From: Bdellovibrio sp.
GTDB lineage: Bacteria > Bdellovibrionota > Bdellovibrionia > Bdellovibrionales > Bdellovibrionaceae
Direction of reading: 5' to 3'
Length of the DNA stretch: 64,000 bases
Assembly: GCA_036677065.1 (NCBI GenBank)
Contig: JAKFBS010000004.1
Span: forward strand, 352,001 to 416,000
Part shown: piece by piece, positions 50,098 through 59,707 of the stretch
How the letters are laid out: each line of letters opens with the position of its first letter
How positions within the stretch are numbered: the stretch's first letter is position 1
The notes under the pieces: model-generated
What the model saw: the letters and a program-made list of their open reading frames with translations, nothing else
What the model was told of the DNA's origin: nothing
The model's database searches: none
Program-made: the position numbers and the translations under genes

Positions 50098-51618
50098 ATG
50101 AAAATACAGTGGAAGATATTTTATTGCCTATTTACCATTGTATTGTTTTTGATCGTTATCGTTGCGTTTACATATAATGCGACAACAAAAGTTTCGTACT
50201 TTCGTGACCGTTCATTAGCTGTTGAAAGTCGCCTTTTGGCAGAAACTTATTTGCGGGCGCAAGTAAGGAATCAACTTTTAGAAACATTTGATGTTTTGTA
50301 CGTATCAGGAATCGGCAAGTATGAGGATCGAATTAACCAAGGCAAAAAAGAAGTTCAAAATAAAATTTTGGATCTTAAAAATGCCCTCACTGAATCTGGT
50401 GTTATCGATGCCACCTATAAAGCTGATCTAGATGAAATTGTAAATGCATATGATAGGCTACAAAGCACTTTAGATCAGGGTGTAGCACTTTTAAAAAGTG
50501 GTAAAACAAAAGAAGCGCGACAGGTTCTTATTGATGCCCGCGAGAATAAATTTAAAAAAGAATTTCTTGAGAAAATTTCTGCGCTTATTGAGAAAGAATC
50601 GCAAATCAGTAATTTTGAATCAAATAATTTAGAACAAAGTATTAAGTGGCTTCAAAGAATACTTTTGCTTTCTGCAGGGGCTGCGCTGTTATTGTCGTTA
50701 ATACTATCGACATTTATTGCTCGTTCTATTGGACGAAGGCTGGGCCGCATCGAGAAGGCTGCACAAAGAATTTCTTCTGGTGATTTTAATATTTCGCTGC
50801 CAACGCATGGACAAGATGAGGTCTCGACATTGTCGCAGGCTATAAATAAAATGGCGGTATCTTTATTTGAAGCGCAAACTCAAATCATCAAACAACAGGA
50901 GCTATTGATTACAAGCTCTAAGATGTCATCCTTAGGTGAAATGGCCGGCGGAATTGCTCATGAAATTAATACGCCATTGGCCGTGATAGCGCTGAAGGCC
51001 GACTTGCTTGCAGCGGCCAGTAATAGCGAGGAGTTTGCTTTAAACGGCAGAGAAATTGTTGCCGAGGCCTGTTCGATGATTCACAGAACAACCGATCGCA
51101 TCGCAAAAATTATTATTGGCCTTAGGGCTTTCGCACGTGATGGAGCTTCTGATCCTTTTCAAAAAACGGATGTACAGTTTATTCTTAAAGACACTCTTGA
51201 TCTTTGTAGTGAAAAATTTCGCAGCAGTGGGGTTGTTCTGCAGGTGCAAATACCTGAAAATGAATTACTCCTATCTTGTCGCGCAACGCAGATTTCGCAG
51301 GTTCTTTTAAATTTATTAAGTAATTCATTTGATGCCATACAACAGATTCCAGAAAAGTGGATAAAAATCGAGGCGCGGGATTTGGGCACTGAAGTCGAAT
51401 TGAGTGTGACTGATAGCGGCCATGGAATATCGGCGGCTATTCGCTCTAAACTGGCACAACCATTTTTCACCACTAAAGAAGTCGGCAAGGGCACAGGGCT
51501 TGGTCTGAGTATATCTCGCGGGATTGTCATGGATCATGGCGGACGCTTAATCTTAGACGAACAAAGCTCTCATACTCGCTTTGTCATTGTACTTCCGAAA
51601 GATCGGCTCACTTCTTAA
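50098..51618 (+). CDS. HAMP-domain sensor histidine kinase (NtrB-like, orphan)
   Basis: Two TM helices with helical sensor, HAMP, IAHEINTPL, PFFTTKEVGKGTGLGL. Confidence 0.92.
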   Translation: MKIQWKIFYCLFTIVLFLIVIVAFTYNATTKVSYFRDRSLAVESRLLAETYLRAQVRNQLLETFDVLYVSGIGKYEDRINQGKKEVQNKILDLKNALTESGVIDATYKADLDEIVNAYDRLQSTLDQGVALLKSGKTKEARQVLIDARENKFKKEFLEKISALIEKESQISNFESNNLEQSIKWLQRILLLSAGAALLLSLILSTFIARSIGRRLGRIEKAAQRISSGDFNISLPTHGQDEVSTLSQAINKMAVSLFEAQTQIIKQQELLITSSKMSSLGEMAGGIAHEINTPLAVIALKADLLAAASNSEEFALNGREIVAEACSMIHRTTDRIAKIIIGLRAFARDGASDPFQKTDVQFILKDTLDLCSEKFRSSGVVLQVQIPENELLLSCRATQISQVLLNLLSNSFDAIQQIPEKWIKIEARDLGTEVELSVTDSGHGISAAIRSKLAQPFFTTKEVGKGTGLGLSISRGIVMDHGGRLILDEQSSHTRFVIVLPKDRLTS

Positions 51619-51635
51619 TTAAATAAATCTGATCG

Positions 51636-51650
51636 TGGCACTGCTTTTGT
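51636..51650 (+). promoter_or_regulatory. near-consensus sigma54 promoter
   Basis: TGGCACTGCTTTTGT (GT instead of GC at -12). Confidence 0.4.
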
Positions 51651-51694
51651 AGCTTGGATTGGTTTTCCGGGAATTTAATCCATTAGGGGGCTTT

Positions 51695-52630
51695 ATGGGG
51701 CACAAATATTTAATTGCCGCACTGTCGTTAGTTTTTTTAGCCACAAGTTGTGGTCCGATCAAAAATAAAAAAGAAGATGAACCTGTTGTTGAAGTCTCGG
51801 CCTTTAATTCTGGCTTTGGTGGCGGAATCTATTTCGATTCAAAAGAAAGTTACGCTCGTCTTGATTTAAGCACGGGAACAGTCGAAAATTTTTTATCAAG
51901 CGACCGTAACATGACCTCGGCATCTATTCAGGGCGATCGGTTTGTGACTGTGAAAAAATCTCGAAGTCATCCTGAAGTATTAGTCATTAATCGCAGTAAA
52001 GATGCGCTCGTGCGAATTTCGGTTCCTGAAAATCCAACAGGTACGCCGAAACTTTCGCGTGATGGCCAGTTTATTATTGTCGGCGGCATTGCGGGTGATA
52101 CTAAGATCTATAATCTAAATGGCCAGATTGTGATGAATCTTTACTCGAATATTTCAAGTTATGAGTGGTTAACTGACGGAAGAGTTATTTTTTCGCGATT
52201 CGGCACTTTATATATTCTAACTGCAGATTTTAAATCTTATAATGTATTTCGCGCCTTACCTGGAACGCCGAACTCTTTAGCGGTTAGTCCCGATGGCGGA
52301 AGAGTCGCTTTTTCTATGATTCATATGGGGTTGCCGCATATCTGGATTATGGACTTATCAGGCGCACTTCGCCAGGTTACAACTTCAGCGGTGGGCGAAA
52401 ATTATCCGGCTTGGTCGCCAGATGGAAGCCACCTTGTGTTAGCCAAAGGTAAAGTAGCTACGAAAGGCACGCCGAATTGTTTAGAACTATGGGTTGTGGG
52501 TGCTAATGCGGATACAGTCAGTGATTTAACTTCTGAAGGTTCGGCGAATACATTTCGCGTACGACAAAATGTATCTGGCCAAATTTCAGAAACATGTGCG
52601 CTGGCAGCCCCGGCATGGCGAAGAGACTAA
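51695..52630 (+). CDS. TolB/PD40-like beta-propeller lipoprotein
   Basis: LATSC lipobox; LSRDG, WLTDG, VSPDG, PAWSPDG repeats. Confidence 0.85.
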   Translation: MGHKYLIAALSLVFLATSCGPIKNKKEDEPVVEVSAFNSGFGGGIYFDSKESYARLDLSTGTVENFLSSDRNMTSASIQGDRFVTVKKSRSHPEVLVINRSKDALVRISVPENPTGTPKLSRDGQFIIVGGIAGDTKIYNLNGQIVMNLYSNISSYEWLTDGRVIFSRFGTLYILTADFKSYNVFRALPGTPNSLAVSPDGGRVAFSMIHMGLPHIWIMDLSGALRQVTTSAVGENYPAWSPDGSHLVLAKGKVATKGTPNCLELWVVGANADTVSDLTSEGSANTFRVRQNVSGQISETCALAAPAWRRD

Positions 52631-52631
52631 A

Positions 52632-53015
52632 TTAGTCTTGATCAGAACAGGCTTTGATATCTAATTTAATATTTTTATCAGACGCATCTTGTGGATAATC
52701 TGAAATGCGGTCGTAAGTTAATTTAATAAGAGCGCGTTCAGCGCGACATTCAAGGATTGTGAAAGTGCCATGATCTCCAGATGAATATCTATCATCAGCA
52801 GCTTTTTGCGCCGTTTTAATTAAAGCACAAACACCTTTAACGCTGCCTAAATAACATATGTTCGGAGCGCGGCTAAAACCGTCTTCCATAAAGCCTGAAT
52901 AAATGCTTGCTGTGATCTTGCCATCTTTTATTTTTGGATAATAAGATAAAATTTGCGTCGCTGACGCCACTTGCGCGAAGGCTAAAAATGCAGTTACGAA
53001 AATCAGATTTTTCAT
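52632..53015 (-). CDS. secreted hypothetical protein
   Basis: AAGGAG RBS, signal peptide (ASA), 4 Cys. Confidence 0.75.
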   Translation of the reverse strand: MKNLIFVTAFLAFAQVASATQILSYYPKIKDGKITASIYSGFMEDGFSRAPNICYLGSVKGVCALIKTAQKAADDRYSSGDHGTFTILECRAERALIKLTYDRISDYPQDASDKNIKLDIKACSDQD

Positions 53016-53127
53016 GGCGGAACTCCTTGGTTCTTTGAACAGGCTCATATTAACACAAAATCACTGTGACTTGAGAGAGCCATTCTCGTCTTTGAAAAGG
53101 ATTACTGAACGTCAAAATGTTAGACGA

Positions 53128-53679
53128 TCACATCCATAAACAGGCGACACCAAAACCAATAAAAAGCACACTGGCTATACGATGCACCCACTTCATCGGT
53201 ATACGGTCGGTAAACCATTGGCCAAAATAGACGGCGGGAGCGTTGGCTAACATCATTCCAAGCGTAGTTCCAAAGGTTACAGCCGCAATAGAAGTGTATT
53301 TGGCTCCAAGGGCTACGGTGGCTAACTGAGTTTTATCACCCATTTCGGCAATGAAAAAAGCAATCAGGGTAGTCACAAATGCGCCGTAACGATCAGTCAT
53401 TTTCAGACCGTTATCTTTATCAGGAATTAAAACCCACAGACCAAAAATAATGAATGTGATCGCCAACAACCATCGCAAAGTGTACGGTGAAAAATAATTC
53501 GTGATAAAAGATCCAACGTAGCTGGCCAGGGCATGATTTAAAATCGTTGCGATAAAAATTCCGAAAAGGATTGGAATTGGTTTTCTAAATCTGGCGGCTA
53601 GAATTAATGCTAATAATTGGGTTTTGTCGCCCATTTCGCTGATAAAAACTAAAACTGTTGAATTGATGATAGCTTCCAT
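53128..53679 (-). CDS. TMEM165/GDT1 (UPF0016) family Mn2+/Ca2+ transporter
   Basis: Two EMGDKTQL motifs, about 6 TM helices. Confidence 0.95.
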   Translation of the reverse strand: MEAIINSTVLVFISEMGDKTQLLALILAARFRKPIPILFGIFIATILNHALASYVGSFITNYFSPYTLRWLLAITFIIFGLWVLIPDKDNGLKMTDRYGAFVTTLIAFFIAEMGDKTQLATVALGAKYTSIAAVTFGTTLGMMLANAPAVYFGQWFTDRIPMKWVHRIASVLFIGFGVACLWM

Positions 53680-53772
53680 TTGTAACCTCACAAGTCTTGC
53701 CGTGAGATCGAAAGCCTTTGACTAAAGAGTGAAAGACATAAGACGACACGGGCGTTATTAAAACACCGATGT

Positions 53773-53873
53773 CAGTCTCGTCGAAAAAGATTTTTATCTT
53801 TTCAGATGTGCCGGGGGTTATACCCAGTATGTCGACACAGCTCTTGTTAAAACAAGTGACTACTCCCTAACTG
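53773..53873 (-). ncRNA. yybP-ykoY (Mn2+-sensing) riboswitch
   Basis: CAGT-TAGGGAGTA-GTC ... GTCGACATACT ... GAC-GAG-ACTG four-way junction upstream of the UPF0016 gene. Confidence 0.85.
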
Positions 53874-53982
53874 TTTTTAATTTAAAATAAACCGCGTTAA
53901 AACGCAAGGCCTTACCTGTAATGGCATTTTTTGTTTAAACTGTACCTTGTACGTAAGCTTAAGGTTACTTAGAATTAGTTGT

Positions 53983-54663
53983 ATGAGCCCATTTCGCCGC
54001 GGTTTTAAAGGTATGCTGCCAATCGTTCCAGGAATTATTCCTTTTGGTGCGGTCATGGGAACTGTCAGTGCCGATGCCCATTTAAATTTTTTTCAAACAG
54101 TATCGATGAATTTTTTAGTGTTTGCAGGCGCATCGCAACTTGCTGCGATTGATTTAATGAATCAGCAAGCGGCGGTTATCGTTGTTGTTGCGACCGGATT
54201 AATTATTAATTTACGTTTTTTACTTTATAGCGCGGCAATGTCGCCGATTGTGCAGCAAGAAAGTTTTATAAAAAAGTTTATCACCGCGTATTGTGTTACT
54301 GATCAAAGTTATGCGGTGATGATCTCTGAGCAAGATCGTTTTAAATCCAATCACGAAGCTATACAGTTTTACTTGGGATCATGCCTATGCATGGTGATCG
54401 TGTGGCAATCATCGGTAATCGCTGGATTTATCTTCGGAAATTTTGCACCTAAATCATTATCTTTAGATTATGCGATTCCTTTAAGTTTTGTGGCTTTACT
54501 TATGCCGACACTTAAAAATTCGAAGTACGTGATTGTAGCGATTTTTTCGGCTGTGGCGTCTTTGTTATTACAGCAAATGCCTTTTAAAACGGGATTAATT
54601 GCGACAGCGATTTTAGGAATCTGTTTAGCGTTATTTTTAACTCGTAAAAAGGCGGCGAAATGA
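53983..54663 (+). CDS. AzlC-family branched-chain amino acid exporter
   Basis: VFAGASQLA, INLRFLLYSA, TDQSYA. Confidence 0.9.
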   Translation: MSPFRRGFKGMLPIVPGIIPFGAVMGTVSADAHLNFFQTVSMNFLVFAGASQLAAIDLMNQQAAVIVVVATGLIINLRFLLYSAAMSPIVQQESFIKKFITAYCVTDQSYAVMISEQDRFKSNHEAIQFYLGSCLCMVIVWQSSVIAGFIFGNFAPKSLSLDYAIPLSFVALLMPTLKNSKYVIVAIFSAVASLLLQQMPFKTGLIATAILGICLALFLTRKKAAK

Positions 54664-54983
54664 TTCCTCAAGGCTATTACTGGTTAAATATAGCTTTATT
54701 GGCGGTTGGAACTATCGCCATTCGCGGATCAATCATTGCTCTTTCTGCACGGGTAAAAATTTCTGACCGATTAAAAGAATTATTCACATTTATTCCGGCA
54801 GCTATTTTACCGGCCTTTATCGCGCCAGCGGTGTTCTTTCATCAAGGCGAAGTGTCATGGATGATGGGTAAAGAACGTGTCGTGGTGCTAATCTTAGCTG
54901 CTATTTTATGTTGGGTGACCCGCAGCACACTGGCAACGGTGGGTTTTGGTTTACTTGCGCTTTACCTTTTTACTAACTTTTGA
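54660..54983 (+). CDS. AzlD-family membrane protein
   Basis: FIPAAILPAFIAP; ATGA overlap with azlC-like gene. Confidence 0.88.
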   Translation: MIPQGYYWLNIALLAVGTIAIRGSIIALSARVKISDRLKELFTFIPAAILPAFIAPAVFFHQGEVSWMMGKERVVVLILAAILCWVTRSTLATVGFGLLALYLFTNF

Positions 54984-55709
54984 TTTTTTGTTTTTATCTC
55001 GAAGCCCTTTAGCAAAGACTTGCGCTTCAGTTTTTAACTCTTGGCTGATGGCATGCCACTCAACATTTTCTAGCGCGCCAATAAGAGCGTAAGCAAAAAT
55101 TGAATGATTATTTTTAGGATTTACTTCGCATAACTTTTGAAAAGTTTTTTTCCAACCTAATTTCATAAACTGTGCGGGCGTTTTGATTCCAGCTTTAGTA
55201 AAAGTGTTGACCGTGGCGGGGCCAAGATTTTTAAAATCAGTAATAAATTTAATTTTATCTTTTTTCTCGGCGATAGTTTCATCGCGAAACATACGCGGTT
55301 TTCGCATATCTGCAGTCGAAACTTTTTCAACTTTAACGGGCTTATTTACTTTTTTTTCAGCTTTTTTCTTGCGGTCGGGGATAGTGCCAAACAAAGTTTG
55401 CGGTTTGGCTAATTCGCGAATAACTTTTTTAGCATGGTCTTCAAAGTCTTCATCACTTAAAGATAAATAAAGCCATTTTGGTAAAATGCTATGGTTGACT
55501 AAAAATGGAAAAGCTTTCAGAAGCTTGGGATGATGTTCTTTTTCAGCCGGAAACATACAACCATTCCAGCGGTCGGAACTGCCCTCAAAGAGGATGAGCT
55601 TTAAAAAAGGGCCATCATAATAAGCAAATCCACCGAACATAGCGCGGCGGTTAAAGCTTTCTGGCAGCTGATCTTCAATCCATTGCAATTCATTAAGAGT
55701 TTTGGCCAT
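54951..55709 (-). CDS. TfoX/Sxy-family protein (N- and C-domains with Lys-rich linker)
   Basis: RAMFGGFAYY; FKNLGP...AGIKT...YALIGAL...WH. Confidence 0.8.
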   Translation of the reverse strand: MAKTLNELQWIEDQLPESFNRRAMFGGFAYYDGPFLKLILFEGSSDRWNGCMFPAEKEHHPKLLKAFPFLVNHSILPKWLYLSLSDEDFEDHAKKVIRELAKPQTLFGTIPDRKKKAEKKVNKPVKVEKVSTADMRKPRMFRDETIAEKKDKIKFITDFKNLGPATVNTFTKAGIKTPAQFMKLGWKKTFQKLCEVNPKNNHSIFAYALIGALENVEWHAISQELKTEAQVFAKGLRDKNKKSKVSKKVKRK

Positions 55710-55794
55710 AGGTTATTCATAACTAAAAAATCTCTTTTACTCAAAAAGATTTAACATCTAGAGTTAATGTATTAGCTACTTTTAAGGAGATCTT

Positions 55795-56679
55795 ATGATT
55801 AAACAGCTTGGTTTGGCGCTTACGACCGTATTTATGTGTTCTTGTTCATCACTTCCACAAAGTGAAGTCTATTCTGCAAACTCAAAAGGGTCGACCGGTA
55901 ATCCGAAAGAGATCGTATTTATTCACGGTATGTTTATGACTCCAGACAACTGGACTGAGTGGCAAAAATATTTTACTCAAAACGGCTATAAAACATCAGC
56001 CCCGGCTTGGCCTCAGCATGATAAGTCAGTGGCTGAAATGAATGATCCAAAAAACTATGATGCTTTAGCCAAAGTCACATTAGAAGATGTGCTTAATCAT
56101 TACCGTCAAATTTTACGCGAGAAAAAAGTAAAACCTATTTTGATCGGGCATTCAATGGGTGGCCTAGTGTCACAGATTTTATTAAGCGAAAATTTGGCAT
56201 CAGCTGCTGTGGTTTTAGATTCAGCTCCGCCGCGCGGGGTATTTATCATCAGTACAACTTTTTTAAGCGCTAACTGGAAAATCATTACTCCGTTTGCCAG
56301 CAGAAATAAACCGATCGTGCAAGATCAAGAAAGTTTTGCAGCTAGCTTTTGTAATGCGCAATCTGAAGCCGAACAAAAAAGAATTTATTCGACATTTGCG
56401 GTGCCAGAATCAAAACGCGTTGGTCTTGGCCCATTAACAAAAGTGGGTTCACTGAATGAAGAGAATGCACGTGGACCTTTATTGTTAGTGGCGGGCAGTG
56501 AAGATCGTATTATTCCAGCGCGCTTAACTTATGAAAATTTTGAAATCTATGAAGATACTCCAGGTTACACTGAATTTTATTTGGCAGATGGAAAAGATCA
56601 CTGTCTGATGTTAACTCAAGGTTGGGAATCTTTAGCCGAAACTTCGCGTTTATGGTTAGAAAAACAACTGGTGAAATAA
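55795..56679 (+). CDS. alpha/beta hydrolase lipoprotein
   Basis: Lipobox-like MCSC, FIHGMF, GHSMGG, GSEDRI, DH. Confidence 0.88.
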   Translation: MIKQLGLALTTVFMCSCSSLPQSEVYSANSKGSTGNPKEIVFIHGMFMTPDNWTEWQKYFTQNGYKTSAPAWPQHDKSVAEMNDPKNYDALAKVTLEDVLNHYRQILREKKVKPILIGHSMGGLVSQILLSENLASAAVVLDSAPPRGVFIISTTFLSANWKIITPFASRNKPIVQDQESFAASFCNAQSEAEQKRIYSTFAVPESKRVGLGPLTKVGSLNEENARGPLLLVAGSEDRIIPARLTYENFEIYEDTPGYTEFYLADGKDHCLMLTQGWESLAETSRLWLEKQLVK

Positions 56680-57173
56680 TGAATTCAATCGTTGTGCAAT
56701 GGAAATTTGATTCAAGCGTTGGTCCTATTTACCTAGAGGCCAGCGAAACGGGCTTGCGCGGCTGTCATCTTGAAAAACAAAAAACACCTGTGCTTAAATC
56801 CTTAAGCGAAGCAGGTCTTGCTAAAAAGTTTTTGGTTCAGGCTGAAAGTGAAATCACCGAATACTTAAACGGCGATCGAAAAAAGTTTACTGTGAAACTA
56901 GAAATCATCGGCACTGATTTTCAAAAACAAGTTTGGCAGCAGTTACAGCAAATTCCTTTTGGTAAATCGCTGTCGTATAAAGAGCTTGCCGAAAATATCA
57001 AAAATCCAAAAGCAGTGCGCGCTGTCGGAACAGCCAACGGCCGAAATAACTTTTGTATTATTATTCCATGTCACCGGGTGATTGCCGCTGATGGCACTTT
57101 AGGTGGTTATTCAGGTGGATTACCATTTAAGAAAAAATTATTACAGTTAGAGAATATCGCCTACCAAGACTAA
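56679..57173 (+). CDS. ogt: methylated-DNA--protein-cysteine methyltransferase
   Basis: GTDFQKQVW, RAVGTANG, IPCHRVI; ATG overlaps upstream TAA. Confidence 0.93.
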   Translation: MNSIVVQWKFDSSVGPIYLEASETGLRGCHLEKQKTPVLKSLSEAGLAKKFLVQAESEITEYLNGDRKKFTVKLEIIGTDFQKQVWQQLQQIPFGKSLSYKELAENIKNPKAVRAVGTANGRNNFCIIIPCHRVIAADGTLGGYSGGLPFKKKLLQLENIAYQD

Positions 57174-57279
57174 ACTGATCTATATATTTGAATAATTTCT
57201 GTCCAGATTTGAGATTTTGGCCCTTGTTCAAGACCAAGGGCCCGTTTAATAAAGTCGCAAAAATTACGATAATTAACCC

Positions 57280-58317
57280 ATGATATCACTATGGATTACC
57301 GTCGGCCTTATCATTTCTGCAGTTCTGGTTTCATCACTAGGAGCTTACTTCTCTATTATCGGGATCGGGGCCTTATTTAGCGGAGCTTTAATTGCCGTGT
57401 GCTTAATGGCTGGATCGTTAGAATTTGCTAAGTTCGTCTTGGCGGCGTACCTTCACCAAACTTGGAAAAATCTTAATTTCGTTTTTAAAATTTACATGAC
57501 TTTTGCTGTCATCACATTAAGTGCGATCACCAGTATCGGGGTGTTCGGATTTTTATCTGACGCTTACCAATCAGCTTCTACAGTTCTAGAAGGTGAAACC
57601 ATCAAATTAGAAAATGTAAAAAAACAGCAGGAAATGATCACCGCTGAAATTGAACGTTTAAACTATTCTGTTGAAGAGATTCCAGAAGAGCGTATGTCGA
57701 AAAGGCTTGCGGCACGTCAGGCGATTGAACCTCGTATTTTAGAGCTTAATAAAAAATACGCTGACAACGAAAAAATCGTGACTGATTCGCAGTTGCAAAT
57801 TTTAGAAGTAAAGAAAAAAGTAGGACCCTTAATTTACATTTCTCGTAATTTTAATGTGCCGATTGATAAAGTGGTTCAGTACTTAATATTAATTTTCGTG
57901 AGCGTATTTGATCCATTGGCGATTTGTTTGGTTATCGCTTCGACGTATTCGATTGAATCACGTAAGAACAAACATTTAGTAAAACACATGGAACAAATGC
58001 AAGAAGCTGAGTTAGAAGCTAAGCTTGCCGCCGCAAGACAGGCAGCAGCTCAGCAAATGAGTGCAACGGCAACAGAAGTAGCCCAGATGACAGCAACAGT
58101 TGAAGCCGCCGCGCAAGCGAACGTGCAACAAGCAGTTAATGAAGTCGTTACAGAACAGAAAGAAGTGGCTGCAGTAGAAGCTGAGCATTCAAAAGCTGTC
58201 GCGGCAGAAGCTGTTCATCCAGAAAATGTGGCTACAGAAGACGACGTTATTGTACAAATGAATTTTAAAGATGAAGTTGCAACTGAGCCAGTCGTAAAAG
58301 ACGATAAAGTGGTTTAA
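57280..58317 (+). CDS. membrane coiled-coil protein (DUF4407-like), resembling phage-encoded membrane proteins
   Basis: 3 N-terminal TM helices (AYFSIIG, SLEFAK, TSIGVFGFLS), coiled coil, VGPLIY, VFDPLAI, Ala/Glu-rich tail. Confidence 0.7.
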   Translation: MISLWITVGLIISAVLVSSLGAYFSIIGIGALFSGALIAVCLMAGSLEFAKFVLAAYLHQTWKNLNFVFKIYMTFAVITLSAITSIGVFGFLSDAYQSASTVLEGETIKLENVKKQQEMITAEIERLNYSVEEIPEERMSKRLAARQAIEPRILELNKKYADNEKIVTDSQLQILEVKKKVGPLIYISRNFNVPIDKVVQYLILIFVSVFDPLAICLVIASTYSIESRKNKHLVKHMEQMQEAELEAKLAAARQAAAQQMSATATEVAQMTATVEAAAQANVQQAVNEVVTEQKEVAAVEAEHSKAVAAEAVHPENVATEDDVIVQMNFKDEVATEPVVKDDKVV

Positions 58318-58320
58318 GCT

Positions 58321-59184
58321 ATGATCATTGTTACCAAGTTTTTAGAACGCAAATGGGTTATTCAGCTGTTCGGTCTTGGACTGATTATTGCTCCATTTGT
58401 GAATATTCTAATTCAATTCTTGGTGTTGAATTCTAAATCGGGCATTTCTTGGCGCTATATCAGTATTTCTTCATATTTAATGAGCGGTTCGATTGCTAAT
58501 TACATTTTAGCAATTGGCAGTGTGGTCATTGGCGGTATTATGCTATCGGGTTCAACCAAAGCCTGGAAAGCGGTTTTACTTTTAGTCGGAACACACTTGC
58601 TAGTTCAAATTTTAAATTATAAATCTAAAGAATGGAACGGAACCCTTGGATGGGGAGCCTTTGCCGTCAATCTTTCGGTGTTTTTATTTATCGCTGATCA
58701 ATTAGTCTGGCGCGTGAAAACTAAAGAAGAAATTTTTGCTGAAGCGATGGAAAAAGCAGCTGCTTTAATTCCTAAAGCGAAAGCTGAAGTGAAAATTCCA
58801 GTAACAGCCACTCCAGAGGTTACTCCTGCGTCAGCTGCTTCAGTAGCAGCGCCTGCAGAAGCAGGTTTTGTTTTAGGCGCGGGCAGTTCGATCGAAAAGA
58901 TTTTACATTTGAAATCATACAAGAAAATATTTTTTAGTTTTGGCAGCGATCGCCCCTGGGGCCGTTTGATGACTTTAAACAGTCATCAATTAATCGTAAA
59001 CTGTTTTGCGGCAGCGCCTGAATCCATTGAAAATAAAGTCGTGGCTATCAGTTTTACTAAAAATTTAGTGATCGATATTAAATTTGACCGAAAAGAGAGT
59101 AATTTGTATTACTTTACTCCCTTAGATATGACACCAGCTCGTGTTTCTGAATTAAACCTATGGCTTAAAAAGATTGCTGTCTAG
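58321..59184 (+). CDS. membrane protein with Ala/Pro linker and C-terminal beta domain (possibly degenerate PilZ)
   Basis: 4 TM segments, PVTATPEVTPASAA linker, beta-rich C-terminus. Confidence 0.65.
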   Translation: MIIVTKFLERKWVIQLFGLGLIIAPFVNILIQFLVLNSKSGISWRYISISSYLMSGSIANYILAIGSVVIGGIMLSGSTKAWKAVLLLVGTHLLVQILNYKSKEWNGTLGWGAFAVNLSVFLFIADQLVWRVKTKEEIFAEAMEKAAALIPKAKAEVKIPVTATPEVTPASAASVAAPAEAGFVLGAGSSIEKILHLKSYKKIFFSFGSDRPWGRLMTLNSHQLIVNCFAAAPESIENKVVAISFTKNLVIDIKFDRKESNLYYFTPLDMTPARVSELNLWLKKIAV

Positions 59185-59185
59185 T

Positions 59186-59545
59186 TTATTTAACTGCAGT
59201 GGCAGCTACTGCTGGAGCCTGAGCTTTTAATTTGTTGGCCTGTTTCACGATCATAAATAAAACAAATGCGATAATTAAAAAATCAATTAAAGCCTGTAAG
59301 AAATTGCCATAGGCAAGAACCGCCGCACCTTTAGTTTTAGCTTCTTCGATAGTTAAATACGTATTGCCATCTAAAGCGATAAATTGCTGAGTTACGTTGA
59401 CGCCTTTCATGACAAGACCAATTAGCGGCATTAGAATATCATTTACTAAAGAGTTAACGATTTTACCGAAGGCAGCTCCGATAATTACCCCAACAGCTAA
59501 ATCCATCACATTGCCTTGTGCTAAAAACTTTTTAAATTCTCCCAT
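59186..59545 (-). CDS. mscL: large-conductance mechanosensitive channel
   Basis: EFKKF..GNVMDLAVGVIIGAAFGKIVNSLVNDI, YGNFL. Confidence 0.96.
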   Translation of the reverse strand: MGEFKKFLAQGNVMDLAVGVIIGAAFGKIVNSLVNDILMPLIGLVMKGVNVTQQFIALDGNTYLTIEEAKTKGAAVLAYGNFLQALIDFLIIAFVLFMIVKQANKLKAQAPAVAATAVK

Positions 59546-59679
59546 AAATATATTCTCCTTTAGCAGACAGCTTAGAACAGGCATCATGAAATACAAGGAT
59601 TAGTTCCGTAAACGGGCGGAGCGAATTGTCAGAATGTCTTATGCTTAGACACTGATAGCAAATATAATGATTATAAACT

Positions 59680-59695
59680 CGGAACAGCACGTGCA
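59680..59695 (+). promoter_or_regulatory. sigma54-like promoter
   Basis: CGGAACAGCACGTGCA = GG-N10-GC. Confidence 0.4.
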
Positions 59696-59707
59696 TAGTT
59701 AATCACC

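Noticed and set aside
46173..53100. Prophage or integrative element at the tRNA
   Set aside because: No integrase, transposase, phage structural genes or duplicated tRNA 3' end seen.
53685..53772. Second tandem yybP-ykoY aptamer
   Set aside because: GGCAAGAC is present but there is no second GGGAGTA loop or L3 motif.
57219..57242. Terminator after ogt (GGCCCTTG/CAAGGGCC)
   Set aside because: Stem is real but lacks an adjacent U-tract; function unclear.
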